A stretch of DNA of 64,000 nt. Origin: an uncultured bacterium (GTDB taxonomy: Bacteria; Chloroflexota; UBA5177; JANWHV01). The stretch spans positions 1,024,001-1,088,000 of the forward strand of contig CAWHAE010000009.1 of NCBI GenBank assembly GCA_963827235.1, in the 5' to 3' direction. The notes under the pieces were generated by a model. It made no database searches, had not been told where the DNA came from, and was given only the letters and a program-made list of their open reading frames with translations. This document shows, piece after piece, positions 37,330 to 47,707 of the stretch; the stretch's first letter is position 1, and each line of letters opens with the position of its first letter. A program made the position numbers and the translations under genes.

Positions 37330-40300
37330 CCAACCGTGATGCGAAGGCCGCATCTGAAACCGCGGAAGGTGGGAGCCCAACTATGATCGAGCACGACGCG
37401 TTGCAGGAAGAAGCTGAAACCATCCGGCGGGCAGCAGCCATAGCATCGGAACACCGGAAGCTGGTCGGACAGTACAGCGCCGACGCGAGCGACGCAAAAC
37501 AGAGACTCGAACAGCAGCTCACGACGCAGCTCCAGGGCATAGAAGCCACATACAACGACTGCGTGTCGACCATCGGCGAGCTAGACAAAAGGTTCCCGGC
37601 CATTCAAGGTGATGCGGTTGCTGGCGGCTTGCTCTTGGGATTTGGCATGGAGGCAAGCACGAACGACCTTGCCACATGTGCGAAAAGGCTAAAGGACTCC
37701 AAGAGTCAACTGGATCAGGTAGATCCAACTTGGTCGATGTACGGTCCAGGCTATTTGCCAGCATGGGGACTGGGAGCAAGCGTCGTTACTGACGTGATAA
37801 TTGCCGCGATAGTGTCTGCAGCAGGTGGAGACGCCGGAACAGGGTTTGCCATCTGTTTCTGGTTCACCGTGGGATGGCTTAGTATCGCGCTCCTCGCAAA
37901 TCTAGGATCTACGACCGAGTTCAGCCACAATCGAGAATATAAGTCTGCGACCGAGTTCGGATTTCCTGCGGTGCGTTCCGTTAAGCGGGAGCTACACGCT
38001 GCCAGAGACAAATCGGTCAAAGTTGCAAGGAGCACGCATGAAAGGCTGCTCGGGGGTATTGACGCGAATCTGAAGAGCAAGTGCGACGCGCTGACGGAGG
38101 ATGCACGCCGGCAGTTGGGTGAAGAAACCGCGAGGTTGTCCAAGCTTGTTGGAGAACTAGGATACGCGGGATTAGCCTGGGACGACACAGGCTGGGAGGA
38201 CTACGCGCCCGGAGTGCGGAGCCCAAGCCACGTGCGAGTCGGCCGGGCTTCTACAGCGCTGGCGGGCGTCGAAATCATGGGCCCCGCCCTGGTAGGCATC
38301 GTACGGGAAGAAAACGTCTTGATCAGGGCAAGCGGAGCAGCCAAGGACCAAGCGGCTGGAGCGGTGCAGTCGATACTCCTTCGGCTTCTGGCAACGATTC
38401 CGCCGGGCATGGCAGAGTTCGTACTCCTGGACCCGGCGGGCCTCGGCCAGAACGTTGCCAAATTCGTGGCACTCGCTGACTACGATCGCGATCTCATTGC
38501 CAACAAAGCGTGGTCCGAACCCGAGCACATCGAGCGACAGCTCGCCGATCTTTGCGAGCACATGGAAAATGTCATTCAAGGGAAGCTCCAGGGCAAGTAC
38601 GAATCGATAGAGGAGTACAACGAGCAAGCGGGCGAGACGGCGCAGGCGTACCGCTTTCTCGTAGTGGTCGGCTTCCCCCAAAACTTCAGTGAAACAAGCG
38701 CAAGCCGCTTAGCCCGCGTCGCTCTCAACGGTCCCAAGTGCGGCGTGCACACCTTGATTGTCGTAGACACCGAACAGAAGATGCCTTATGGCTTCAATGG
38801 GGAAGATCTCGGCCGCAACGCATCGGTGATCGAGTGGGACGGATCTCGGTTTGTGTGGAAGCAGAAAGGCTTCGACACGTGGCAGCTAACCCTTGATGCC
38901 CCGCCTGACACAACCCGCTTCGACGAAATCTTGGCAGCGGTGGGTTCGCGGGTGAAAGATGCCAGGAGAGTCGAGGTGCCTTTCGATCGCATCGCCATTC
39001 CGAGCGACGCATGGTGGACTGGAGACAGTCGAACCGAGATAGCTGTGCCCATCGGCAAAGTGGGCGCGAGAAAGACTCAGCATCTTGTGTTCAACAGTCA
39101 GGATCAAGTGCACGCGCTAGTAGCTGGGCAGACCGGGTATGGCAAGTCGACGTTGTTCCATGTCATGATCACAAACCTCTGCTTGGCCTACAGCCCGCAG
39201 GAGCTAGAGCTTTATCTCGTCGATTTCAAGAAGGGCGTGGAGTTCAAGCCGTACGCCGAGCATCGCCTGCCGCACGCGCGAGTGATCGCCATTGACAGCG
39301 AGCGCGAGTTCGGCGTAAGCGTCCTTCGCGGCCTCGACACGGAGTTGAAGCGCAGAGGCGACGCCTTTCGCAGCACGGTTGAGCAGAATATCGCTGGATA
39401 TCGCAAGGCACATCCCGATCAAGCGTGCCCAAGGATCGTGCTGATCGTCGACGAATTCCAGGAATTCTTCACCGAGGACGATGCGATCGCCCGAGAGGCC
39501 GGCCTGTTGCTGGACCGGCTGGTGCGGCAAGGGCGCAATGTTGGGATCCACGTGATCCTGGGCTCGCAAACACTGACCAACGCTGGACAGCTTGCACACA
39601 GCACGATCAGCCAAATCGCCATTCGCATAGCTCTGCACTGCAGTGACAGCGATTCTCGGCTGATCCTCGCGGAAGACAACCCAGGAGCGCGTTTGCTCAA
39701 TCGTCCGGGCGAAGCCATCTACAACACAGGCAGCGGGCGCGTGGGGATGGAGGATCAGTTCCAAACCGTGTGGCTCAGCGCGGAATGTCGGGAACAGTAC
39801 CTAACGCGCATCGATGACCTTGCCCGCTGGCAACCCCGGCGCCCACAGCGGATTTTTGAAGGCAACGCTCCGGGCGAAATCGGCACCGACATGCTGCTGG
39901 CGCTGACACGAGGCGCGGAAAGCCAACAGGCTCAACAAAGAGGAGCAAGGATCTTGCTCGGCGAGGCTATCGCGGTTCAGGAACAGCCATCAACGGTTCG
40001 CTTCCGTCGCCAGGGGGGAGCAAACCTTCTGATAGTGAGCCAGCAGGAAGACACCGCACTGGCCATGATCACGCTGTCGCTCGTGGGCCTAGCTGTGCAA
40101 TTGCCGGCGTCAAGCGGCGACGGGGATTGGCATCGACCGGTGATGCTACTAGACTTCAGCAGTGGTGACGGTCCGAGCGCGGGACACTACAGCGACCTTG
40201 CCGGAACCCTGAACGGTCGAGTACGCCGGCTAGTACGCCGACAGGTGCCAGAATGGATTGATAAACTAGCGAACGAGGTGAAATGTCGCATCGATGCGGA

Positions 40301-40766
40301 GGATGAAGCAGCGTTGCCAGCACGCCCTGCAAACACCATGTTCCTCGTGGTGCACGGGTTGCAGCGGGCGCGAGACCTGCGGCAAGACGATGGCTACTCG
40401 CTTCCGGCATACGGCGCGGAACCGGCCGGCCCGAATACGGCGCAGCAGTTCGTAACAATCTTGCGAGACGGGCCGGATGTCGGCGTGCATACGATAATCT
40501 GGTGCGACAGCATGACCAACCTGACGCGCACTCTCGATCGACGAGCGCTACGGGAGTTCGGAACCAGAGTCGTGACGCAGATCAGCGCCGAAGACTCGGC
40601 GAACCTGATTGACTCACCGGTAGCGAGCAAGCTGGGCAGCTATCGTGCACTGCTGTACAACGAGGACGAAGGGACACTCGAAAAGTTTCATCCTTACGGG
40701 CTTCCTTCGAAAGAGTGGCTAGAAGACGTGTGCCAACAGCTGATGATGTCGACGGCAAGCAAGTGA
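37326..40766 (+). CDS. FtsK/SpoIIIE-family (EssC/EccC-like) ATPase with two TM helices and three ATPase-like domains
   Basis: ATGA overlap; AGQTGYGKST, LYLVDFKKGVEF, LIVDEFQ and QGRNVGIHVILGSQ; degenerate flanking domains (GPKCGVH, GPDVGVH). Confidence 0.9.
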   Translation: MTNRDAKAASETAEGGSPTMIEHDALQEEAETIRRAAAIASEHRKLVGQYSADASDAKQRLEQQLTTQLQGIEATYNDCVSTIGELDKRFPAIQGDAVAGGLLLGFGMEASTNDLATCAKRLKDSKSQLDQVDPTWSMYGPGYLPAWGLGASVVTDVIIAAIVSAAGGDAGTGFAICFWFTVGWLSIALLANLGSTTEFSHNREYKSATEFGFPAVRSVKRELHAARDKSVKVARSTHERLLGGIDANLKSKCDALTEDARRQLGEETARLSKLVGELGYAGLAWDDTGWEDYAPGVRSPSHVRVGRASTALAGVEIMGPALVGIVREENVLIRASGAAKDQAAGAVQSILLRLLATIPPGMAEFVLLDPAGLGQNVAKFVALADYDRDLIANKAWSEPEHIERQLADLCEHMENVIQGKLQGKYESIEEYNEQAGETAQAYRFLVVVGFPQNFSETSASRLARVALNGPKCGVHTLIVVDTEQKMPYGFNGEDLGRNASVIEWDGSRFVWKQKGFDTWQLTLDAPPDTTRFDEILAAVGSRVKDARRVEVPFDRIAIPSDAWWTGDSRTEIAVPIGKVGARKTQHLVFNSQDQVHALVAGQTGYGKSTLFHVMITNLCLAYSPQELELYLVDFKKGVEFKPYAEHRLPHARVIAIDSEREFGVSVLRGLDTELKRRGDAFRSTVEQNIAGYRKAHPDQACPRIVLIVDEFQEFFTEDDAIAREAGLLLDRLVRQGRNVGIHVILGSQTLTNAGQLAHSTISQIAIRIALHCSDSDSRLILAEDNPGARLLNRPGEAIYNTGSGRVGMEDQFQTVWLSAECREQYLTRIDDLARWQPRRPQRIFEGNAPGEIGTDMLLALTRGAESQQAQQRGARILLGEAIAVQEQPSTVRFRRQGGANLLIVSQQEDTALAMITLSLVGLAVQLPASSGDGDWHRPVMLLDFSSGDGPSAGHYSDLAGTLNGRVRRLVRRQVPEWIDKLANEVKCRIDAEDEAALPARPANTMFLVVHGLQRARDLRQDDGYSLPAYGAEPAGPNTAQQFVTILRDGPDVGVHTIIWCDSMTNLTRTLDRRALREFGTRVVTQISAEDSANLIDSPVASKLGSYRALLYNEDEGTLEKFHPYGLPSKEWLEDVCQQLMMSTASK

Positions 40767-40805
40767 GTCCGCGCCAAGGCACTCAGGGAAAGGATGCGCT
40801 GACCA

Positions 40806-41021
40806 ATGGAGAGCCTGAGCCGAGCAGGCAGCGAACTAGACGCCATAGCCGGACGGTTGCAACGGCAATGGCATGAAGCAGAAGACGCGTGGCGAGACCC
40901 GGTCCAACGGGATTTCGAAAAGCGACACGTGGCCCCATTGTTCAGCCAGATTAGGGCGACAAGGGACGAACTGGATCAGGTGGCTCACGCGGTACAGCAA
41001 GCTCGAGCAACGGTTCGCTAA
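40806..41021 (+). CDS. Small WXG100-like protein
   Basis: 71 aa, helical; W...AWRD.V..DFE; GGAAAGGA upstream. Confidence 0.65.
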   Translation: MESLSRAGSELDAIAGRLQRQWHEAEDAWRDPVQRDFEKRHVAPLFSQIRATRDELDQVAHAVQQARATVR

Positions 41022-41301
41022 CGACACAAGCAGCACCTGCCGAGCGAGGCTTACTGTTTGCACAGATACATCGTATTGAGCCCATAGTTGAAGCACGTTA
41101 CTGCCCTCGAGAGTGAAGGCTCACCTGTGTCCGTGCGGCCGCCGGGCTCCAGGATACACGCAACTGCCACAGCAGCACGCCCCTCCGGGTGCGGAAGGGC
41201 GTCCCTTGTAAGGTGAGTTGCCGAATATCCACCAAGTGCTCGGTAGCAAACGCGCCCGCCATCTTCTCCTGGAATCCTGGCTCACAGCACCCCCTGTAGC
41301 G

Positions 41302-41595
41302 GCTGGCGCACGAGGGGGAGGGCATGCGGCGCTGCACGGCGGCACGTTTACGTCGCCCCTGCACTGCCACCGGCCCGACTTCACGGCCTCGCGCATCGAG
41401 TTTCAGGCCGAGCGGTTCGCGGGCGAGATGCTCTGTCCGGAAACGCTCGTACAAGCGCTCTGCCGCGAGCGTGGGGAGATCGGACCAGAAGAGATCGAGG
41501 AACTGGCCGACACCGTGCAGGCTCCCAACGAGTTCATCGGTTGGTGGGTCGCGTATTTGGCGAGAAGCGGTCGCGTCGTGTTGCCGGGACCATAG
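41302..41595 (+). pseudogene. Orphan 3' fragment of immA (copy 2; HExxH broken by a frameshift)
   Basis: Homologous to 31445-31730; 8 of 89 aa differ. Confidence 0.9.
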
Positions 41596-41695
41596 ACACT
41601 CGGTGCCGCCATCCATGACTCCACCGGGCACGCGCTTCCGCGACTATTGCCGGCACAAACTCGACACAGTACACGACGGGACTGACCGAATACCA

Positions 41696-42595
41696 ATGCA
41701 GAGTAATAAGACGACTTCACCCGACACCAAAGCCACAGGGGGGCGCCTGCTGCTCGCTTCTCTCAATGTAAACGGCATCCGATCTGCAACGAGGCGCGGG
41801 TTTGCGAGTTGGATCCGCCAGGCTGCTCCAGACATCCTGTGTCTGCAAGAGATCCGCATAACCGAGCAGCAACTCCAAGCGGCGTTCGTACCTCCGTCGG
41901 GGTACCGACTCTATTGGAACCATTCCACGCGGCCCGGCTACAGCGGCACGGCGCTGCTCTCGCGTCCCAAGCCACAAGCAGTCAGGTTTGGACTCGACGA
42001 TCGCAGCGGCGACCCCGAGGGAAGAACCATCGTCGCAGAGTACCCGGGCTTCACGCTTATCAACTGCTACGTCCCGAACGGCAACAGCAGCGACGAACGG
42101 CTCGCGTTCAAGATGGCGTTTTACGAAGCATGCCTGGACCAATGCAGACGACTGTTGTCTGAGGGAAGGCATGTCATCCTCTGCGGCGACCTGAACACAG
42201 CGCACCGGGAGGTAGACCTGGCAGACCCATCTGCGAACGCGAGACGGTCGGGTTTCCTGCCGCAGGAACGCGAATGGATAGACAGGCTCATTCAGTCTGG
42301 CTTTGTGGACACATTTCGCCATTTCTACCCCGGCGTGTCGAAGCAATACACGTGGTGGCCCTATGGCAGAGAGCGAGATGCTGGTTGGAGGTTCGACTAT
42401 ATCTTCACCTCGATAGGCATAATCGATCGTGTGCGCGCGGCCTTCATTCTGCCTGAGGTGGCGTGCAGCGATCATTGCCCTATAGGGATCCAACTGCATG
42501 TTGAAGGCACTCCTAGTTCCGAGCCCGGTTCGACACTTGAAGCGCCAGACTTTCCGGACGACGAAGGCCGGTGTGGTCAACTAACGCTGTTCTGA
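41696..42595 (+). CDS. xth: Exodeoxyribonuclease III / AP endonuclease
   Basis: SLNVNGIR, LCLQE, GYSG, EGR, YVPNG, GDLNTAH, DTFR, YTWW, GWRFDY and SDHCP; ends in QLTLF. Confidence 0.95.
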   Translation: MQSNKTTSPDTKATGGRLLLASLNVNGIRSATRRGFASWIRQAAPDILCLQEIRITEQQLQAAFVPPSGYRLYWNHSTRPGYSGTALLSRPKPQAVRFGLDDRSGDPEGRTIVAEYPGFTLINCYVPNGNSSDERLAFKMAFYEACLDQCRRLLSEGRHVILCGDLNTAHREVDLADPSANARRSGFLPQEREWIDRLIQSGFVDTFRHFYPGVSKQYTWWPYGRERDAGWRFDYIFTSIGIIDRVRAAFILPEVACSDHCPIGIQLHVEGTPSSEPGSTLEAPDFPDDEGRCGQLTLF

Positions 42596-42600
42596 GATGC

Positions 42601-42842
42601 TCACGTCGCCGCTGCACTGCCACCGGCTGGACTTCACAGCGGTGCGCGTCGAGTTCCAGGCCGAGCGGTACGCTGGGGAGCTGCTCTGCCCGGAGACGCT
42701 CGTACAAGCGCTCTGCCGCGAGCGCGGGGAGATCGGGCCCGAAGAGATCGAGGAACTAGCCTATGCGGTGCAAACTCCCAACGAGTTCATCGGCTGGTGG
42801 GTGGCGTACCTGGCCCGAAGCGGTCGCGTCGTGTTGCCCTGA
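42601..42842 (+). pseudogene. Orphan 3' fragment of immA (copy 3; lacks HExxH)
   Basis: Homologous to the last 79 codons of immA; 12 of 79 aa differ. Confidence 0.9.
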
Positions 42843-43046
42843 AGAACAGGCGGACTTCAATCAATTGGGATCACAGCTGCCGATCCCTGATCTAGGCGAA
42901 CTCTTAGACAGCGAACATCCTGCCGTCATGTTTCTGTCACGGAATGCGCACACGCGAGCCTTAGGATGAGGATGCAGGCTGATCAAGCAGCAGACCATGC
43001 GCGGATCACGCGCGACGCCACACGGAAGCAGAAAGACGAAGACAAT

Positions 43047-44186
43047 ATGGAGCCAAACGAGGACACACCGACGCAGCCGCAGCTGCCCAACACGACGCAC
43101 CGCCCATCGAGAAGGCGACGGTGGCAGGTGGCCGGAGCCGCCGTGTTGATCGGCGGGCTCGCCGCCGGCACGTTCGCGCTCAATCAGGGTGGGCAAAGCT
43201 CCGTAGCCAACGCCAGCGCGAACGGTGGCGTTGTCGCATCGCAAGTCTCTAGCCAAGCCCAGACGACGCCGATGCCAGGCACGAACCAAGGGCCAGGCGG
43301 CAGGGGCGGCTTCGGCAACATGGGCGGGCACGGCTTCGGCCAGGGCGGCATGGGCGGCTTTGGGCCGGGCGACATGAGTGGACGGTTCGGGGCGAGTCTG
43401 ACCGTCACCAGCGTGAACACGAGCACGACCCCGAACACAATCGCGGCGACCGGCCGCGGCAACCAAACCATCACCATCACCGTCGCCAGCACCACGACGT
43501 ACACCATGGCCGGTGCACCGATCGCGCTCGCCGGCATTGACACCGGCGCTCAGATCTCCGTGCAAGGCAAAGGGACATCGCGTACGGCGATAGCCGCCAC
43601 CAGCGTCGAGGTCATCCTGCCCTCGGAGCGCGGCGTGGTGAGCGACGTGAGCGGCTCGACACTCACAGTAACCGGATTCGACGGGCGCGCGTATGTCGTG
43701 ACCGTGGGCACGAGCACGCGCTATCAGAAGGCCGGACAGAGTGCGGCGGTGTCCGATGTCGCGAACGGCACGGCGATCCAGGCTGAAGGCACGCTGAATT
43801 CCGACGGCTCTATGAGCGCGCTGCTGGTCACCATTCAGACACCGCGCCTGTCGGGACAGGTCACGGCCGTGTCCGGGACCAGCGGATCGTATTCCTTCAC
43901 CATAGCGGCACGTCAGGGAGCCGCGTCCCAGACCGTCACCACAACCTCGGGCACGCTCTTCGTCGATCTGTCGGGCGCTGCCGTACAACCTTCCAGCATC
44001 ACGACAGGAACGCGGATGACCGCCGAAGGTAGCCTGAGCGCCGACGGCAAGACCATGACAGCACTGCGCATCACGATCCTGCCGACCGGCAACGGTCCTC
44101 GCGGCCAATTCCACCGTGGCAACACAGCCGGCCCGGCTGCAACCGGAACCCCCGGCACTGCATCAGCAACGGGACCTGGAGTCTGA
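43047..44186 (+). CDS. DUF5666-like OB-repeat exported protein
   Basis: TM/signal segment, Gly-rich linker and three GxVxxV...TxY...GxxIxxxG...A repeats. Confidence 0.7.
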   Translation: MEPNEDTPTQPQLPNTTHRPSRRRRWQVAGAAVLIGGLAAGTFALNQGGQSSVANASANGGVVASQVSSQAQTTPMPGTNQGPGGRGGFGNMGGHGFGQGGMGGFGPGDMSGRFGASLTVTSVNTSTTPNTIAATGRGNQTITITVASTTTYTMAGAPIALAGIDTGAQISVQGKGTSRTAIAATSVEVILPSERGVVSDVSGSTLTVTGFDGRAYVVTVGTSTRYQKAGQSAAVSDVANGTAIQAEGTLNSDGSMSALLVTIQTPRLSGQVTAVSGTSGSYSFTIAARQGAASQTVTTTSGTLFVDLSGAAVQPSSITTGTRMTAEGSLSADGKTMTALRITILPTGNGPRGQFHRGNTAGPAATGTPGTASATGPGV

Positions 44187-44274
44187 TTGACGGGAATCGA
44201 ACGGAGCCTGTCCGGAGCGAGTTCTGAGCCCGTGGCGGCCTAGCCGAAGGGCACGGTTCGCCGCAATGGACCAA

Positions 44275-44318
44275 CACAGGAGAAGGCAGAGCGGATTTCC
44301 GCTCTGCCTTCTCCTGTG
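44275..44318. terminator. Perfect 20-bp stem, probable bidirectional terminator
   Basis: cacaggagaaggcagagcgg-attt-ccgctctgccttctcctgtg, between convergent genes. Confidence 0.75.
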
Positions 44319-44602
44319 CTTCGACGAATGACGGCATTTCCGCCGCTGCACGGACCATGCTGCAGAATCGTGCAGCAGTCAACCAACTAGTTCCGCAGCG
44401 ACAGTAACACCATCAAGTCGGCCGCTTTGTTCTAGTTCGTGGGTACGGGACAAGGACCCGCAACCTGCACGACGGGCGACTTGTCCGTCTTCGGATTGCG
44501 CAGCTGGCGATCGCGCGCGGCCATGACATCATCACGCGCGTACCAGCAGCGCTTGTCGCCTACGGATGCCACGGGGGCGAGTGTATCGGGCTGCCGGGCA
44601 AC

Positions 44603-47600
44603 CTACACACTACCGACACGCGGCATTATGCGAGAGACGCCGTCAGTCTTCTGAATGTGATAGCCATTCGGGAACGCCGTCTGAAAGTCTTCTTGGTGGG
44701 AAACTAATATCACCCGGTCGAGCACGCCTTCCAGGCTCTTGAGCTGCGCGATCATCTCCCTGCGGCCGTCCTCGTCCAGGCCGCCAAACCCCTCATCGAT
44801 CAGGACCGATCTGATGTCTCGGGAACCGCCGCCGGAATACTGGCCGATCGCCAATGCTAACGCGACAGCGACCCGAAACTGCTGACTACCCGAGATGCAG
44901 GACGCGTCCATGGGTTCTTGTCCCGACGACAGGTCGGTGACACGGAGTTCTAGTTCGTCGCCCACTGGTTGAACGGTGAGCGTCAACATACCGTCCGACA
45001 TGCTGCGAAGGTACTCGTTGGCAGCGTCCCCGATGACGAGCTGCGCTTCCTGGATGATCCAGGCCTGTAGATTGGACCGGCCAAAGTAGTTGGCTAAGAG
45101 CTTCAGGTCCGCCGCGCGCGCGCCCACTTTCCTGCACTGCGATTCCAACGCCGCCCGTCTGGCCAATGCCTCCGAAATGCTCGTAACCTTCGCGTTCGCC
45201 GCGCCGAGATTCGTGCTAGCCTCGTCCCTGGCAGACCGCGCGTCCGCCAGGCGGCTCTGCGCAGCTTCCACGGCAATGCGGTCGTCCTCCGGAATCGTCT
45301 CGATGCTCGCCAACAGCTGTTCCTGGCTGGCGCTCAGATCGCCGGCAACGCGCCTTGCCTCGTCCAGCCCTGCCTTCCGATCTGACGCGCCAACCAGTTC
45401 CTCCTCGCGCAAGAGCAAGAGATCGAGAGCCGCCGCTTCGGTCGGGGCCACGGCGAGCCAGTCGAGGTCGAGCGTCTTGCTCCACTCGTCAGCGGCGCTT
45501 TCGCTGGCCGCAGCGCGGTCCTCCGCCTGCGACGCCTGCGTCAGGTACTGTTCTCGGAAAGCCTTGCCATCCTTCGCCGCCAAAGCGCTGGCCGCCGCAT
45601 TGGGCTTGGCGGTATCCCACCTCTCCCACGCCTTCTGCTCGGGATCCTCAAGGGTCGCCCGGCGTTCGCAGGCTGCTTGGTAGGCGAGAAGCTGGGCTGG
45701 GAGATCCACCCCAGCATGAAGATTCTGCAATTCCTGAACGCGCTGGCAGGCCCGGCTCCGGTGCCCTTCGAACACATCTGATTGCGCCCGCAGGTTATCC
45801 AGCCTCTGGCGCTCTTCGCGCGCCGCCTCGAGCTGGCTGGCAAGACCCTGAGCGTCATCCACCGCGGCCTGGGAAGGATATGCCTCATCCTGCGCTCGGC
45901 TCCGGTACGGTTCGGGGAGCCCTGCGGCCAGAGTTCCACAAAGTCGGCAGGCCTCCTCGAGCCGCGTCTTGAGGTCGCGCGCGGAGTTCCCTAACTGAAC
46001 GAGCGTGGCTTCGCCGCGATCGCGTTCCGCGGCCTTGTCGTTCTTAGCACGTAGACACTCGGATTCCTTGTCATCGGCATCCCGCTTCGCCGTTCGAACT
46101 TCCTGCTCCTCAGCTTGGAAGCGGGCAAGGCGATCGCTGGCCTCCGCGATCTCCCGCGCGATATGCGCGGCATCGACGCGCTGGCCGCAGCGGCTGCACG
46201 TGCCTTCGGACGCTGCATCTTGCCGCGTGGTCAGTTCTGTCCCCGCCGCGTCTGCTCGTTGCTCCGCAACGGCGAGGTCTCGTGTTAGCCGAACGACCTC
46301 GTCCGCAGCGTTCTGGTGCGCGACATCAGCGTCCAGCGCCTGCCGCCGCAGGAGTTCCACGGCTTGCAGTTGCGCAGGGAACGCCACCTGCACTTCGCCA
46401 AGTTGCCGCTGCAACCCGCTGGCGAGCGCACGCTGATCCTTTAGAGATCTCAGGCTCGCAAGGGCGCGATCGGCGGCATCGCACAGCTGCTCGTATCGAA
46501 CGGACTCAGGCCGCTGCGACAGATCCGCGGACAAGCTGGCGATATCTCTGGTCGCTGAAGCGGCCGTAGTCTGCTCGTCGTCGAGTTCCCGGGCGGCGGC
46601 AGCGACGGGTGCGAGGTCCTCCGCCTCACGAGCGGCCTGGAGCCGGGCTCGTCTCGCCGAATCGTACTGCGATGCCGCGTCGCGCTCTGCCGCTTCGGCG
46701 AGCGATGCAGCCTCCTCCAAGGCATCGACGTCGATGCCATCGGCTTTCAGATGCCACGAGATCGCGGCCTCGCGCTCGTTCGATACCGTGCGCCTATACC
46801 CGACGATTCGAGTCAGTACCGGAACCGATTGGTTCAGCCGCTCGTACTCAGCGGCATTCCGCTCGATGTCGTCGGCCCGAGCAAGAAGAGCGGAAACCGG
46901 AACCAGCTTCGCGCGAACGGTCAGCAGCGCGTCACTGGCCCGCACGAAGGACTCGGCGTTCTTCAGAGAGCCCGCAGCCCGCTCGACGACGAGATTACAG
47001 TGGTCGAGAGCAATCTTCTGGTCCTCGGCGGCCTTGCGCGCGGCGTCGAGCGCTTCGCCGGTAGCCCCTGCGAGCGGCTCGAAATCTCGCTCTATGCCTT
47101 TGAGCTGCTGGTCGCTCGTTCTGGCGCGCTCCTTGGCCACAGTTTCCAGCACCTTGTACTCTTCGAGGTCCAGCAACTGCAGGAGAATGTCCTGGCGGTC
47201 GCGCGGCTTTGCCAAGATAAAGGCGTCGGCGCGACCTTGCTGCAGCAAGACGGACGCCGTGAAGGCCTTGCAGGTGAGGCCGATCTCGCGCTGCACCCAC
47301 TCCTTCAAAGCGTCTTCGTCCGCCGTGTGCGCGACGACCTCATACTCGGCAGCAGAGTCGCCCACGCGGCTGACGACGCGCCGCGCCAAACACGTCCGCT
47401 CGTAGGTAGACTCCCCGCGTCGATGGGCGCGACGGCTGACCGTTCGCTCCACCTGGTAGACGTTCGGGCCGACGGAGAACTCGAACACGACGCTCGCTCT
47501 GTCTTTTCCCTGGCTGATCACCTGTTCGTTGTGGTAGATGCCACCGCGATGCTCGCCGTAGAGCGCGAACACCATCGCTTCGAACACCGTCGACTTGCCG

Positions 47601-47707
47601 GACCCGTTCTTGCCCGTGATCGCCCAGAGCGCCTCACCCTCGAAGGCAAAAGCGGTCTTCTCGCGAAACGTGCGGAAGCCTTCCAGCTCAATGCGCAGCG
47701 GCAACAC
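44603..47707 (-). CDS. sbcC: SbcC/Rad50-family SMC ATPase
   Basis: GKNGSGKST, LLQQG Q-loop, CSRC zinc hook, ISGSQ signature, LIDEGFGGLD and LVSH. Confidence 0.92.
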   Translation of the reverse strand: MLPLRIELEGFRTFREKTAFAFEGEALWAITGKNGSGKSTVFEAMVFALYGEHRGGIYHNEQVISQGKDRASVVFEFSVGPNVYQVERTVSRRAHRRGESTYERTCLARRVVSRVGDSAAEYEVVAHTADEDALKEWVQREIGLTCKAFTASVLLQQGRADAFILAKPRDRQDILLQLLDLEEYKVLETVAKERARTSDQQLKGIERDFEPLAGATGEALDAARKAAEDQKIALDHCNLVVERAAGSLKNAESFVRASDALLTVRAKLVPVSALLARADDIERNAAEYERLNQSVPVLTRIVGYRRTVSNEREAAISWHLKADGIDVDALEEAASLAEAAERDAASQYDSARRARLQAAREAEDLAPVAAAARELDDEQTTAASATRDIASLSADLSQRPESVRYEQLCDAADRALASLRSLKDQRALASGLQRQLGEVQVAFPAQLQAVELLRRQALDADVAHQNAADEVVRLTRDLAVAEQRADAAGTELTTRQDAASEGTCSRCGQRVDAAHIAREIAEASDRLARFQAEEQEVRTAKRDADDKESECLRAKNDKAAERDRGEATLVQLGNSARDLKTRLEEACRLCGTLAAGLPEPYRSRAQDEAYPSQAAVDDAQGLASQLEAAREERQRLDNLRAQSDVFEGHRSRACQRVQELQNLHAGVDLPAQLLAYQAACERRATLEDPEQKAWERWDTAKPNAAASALAAKDGKAFREQYLTQASQAEDRAAASESAADEWSKTLDLDWLAVAPTEAAALDLLLLREEELVGASDRKAGLDEARRVAGDLSASQEQLLASIETIPEDDRIAVEAAQSRLADARSARDEASTNLGAANAKVTSISEALARRAALESQCRKVGARAADLKLLANYFGRSNLQAWIIQEAQLVIGDAANEYLRSMSDGMLTLTVQPVGDELELRVTDLSSGQEPMDASCISGSQQFRVAVALALAIGQYSGGGSRDIRSVLIDEGFGGLDEDGRREMIAQLKSLEGVLDRVILVSHQEDFQTAFPNGYHIQKTDGVSRIMPRVGSV

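Noticed and set aside
41218-41695. ORFs 41218-41595 and the 5' extension of 41324-42595 as genuine genes
   Set aside because: They are read-through of the immA remnant; xth homology starts only after 41696
31445-42842. Site-specific integrase att sites as the cause of the immA repeats
   Set aside because: The fragments start at different positions, are diverged throughout, and no tyrosine or serine recombinase is in the window
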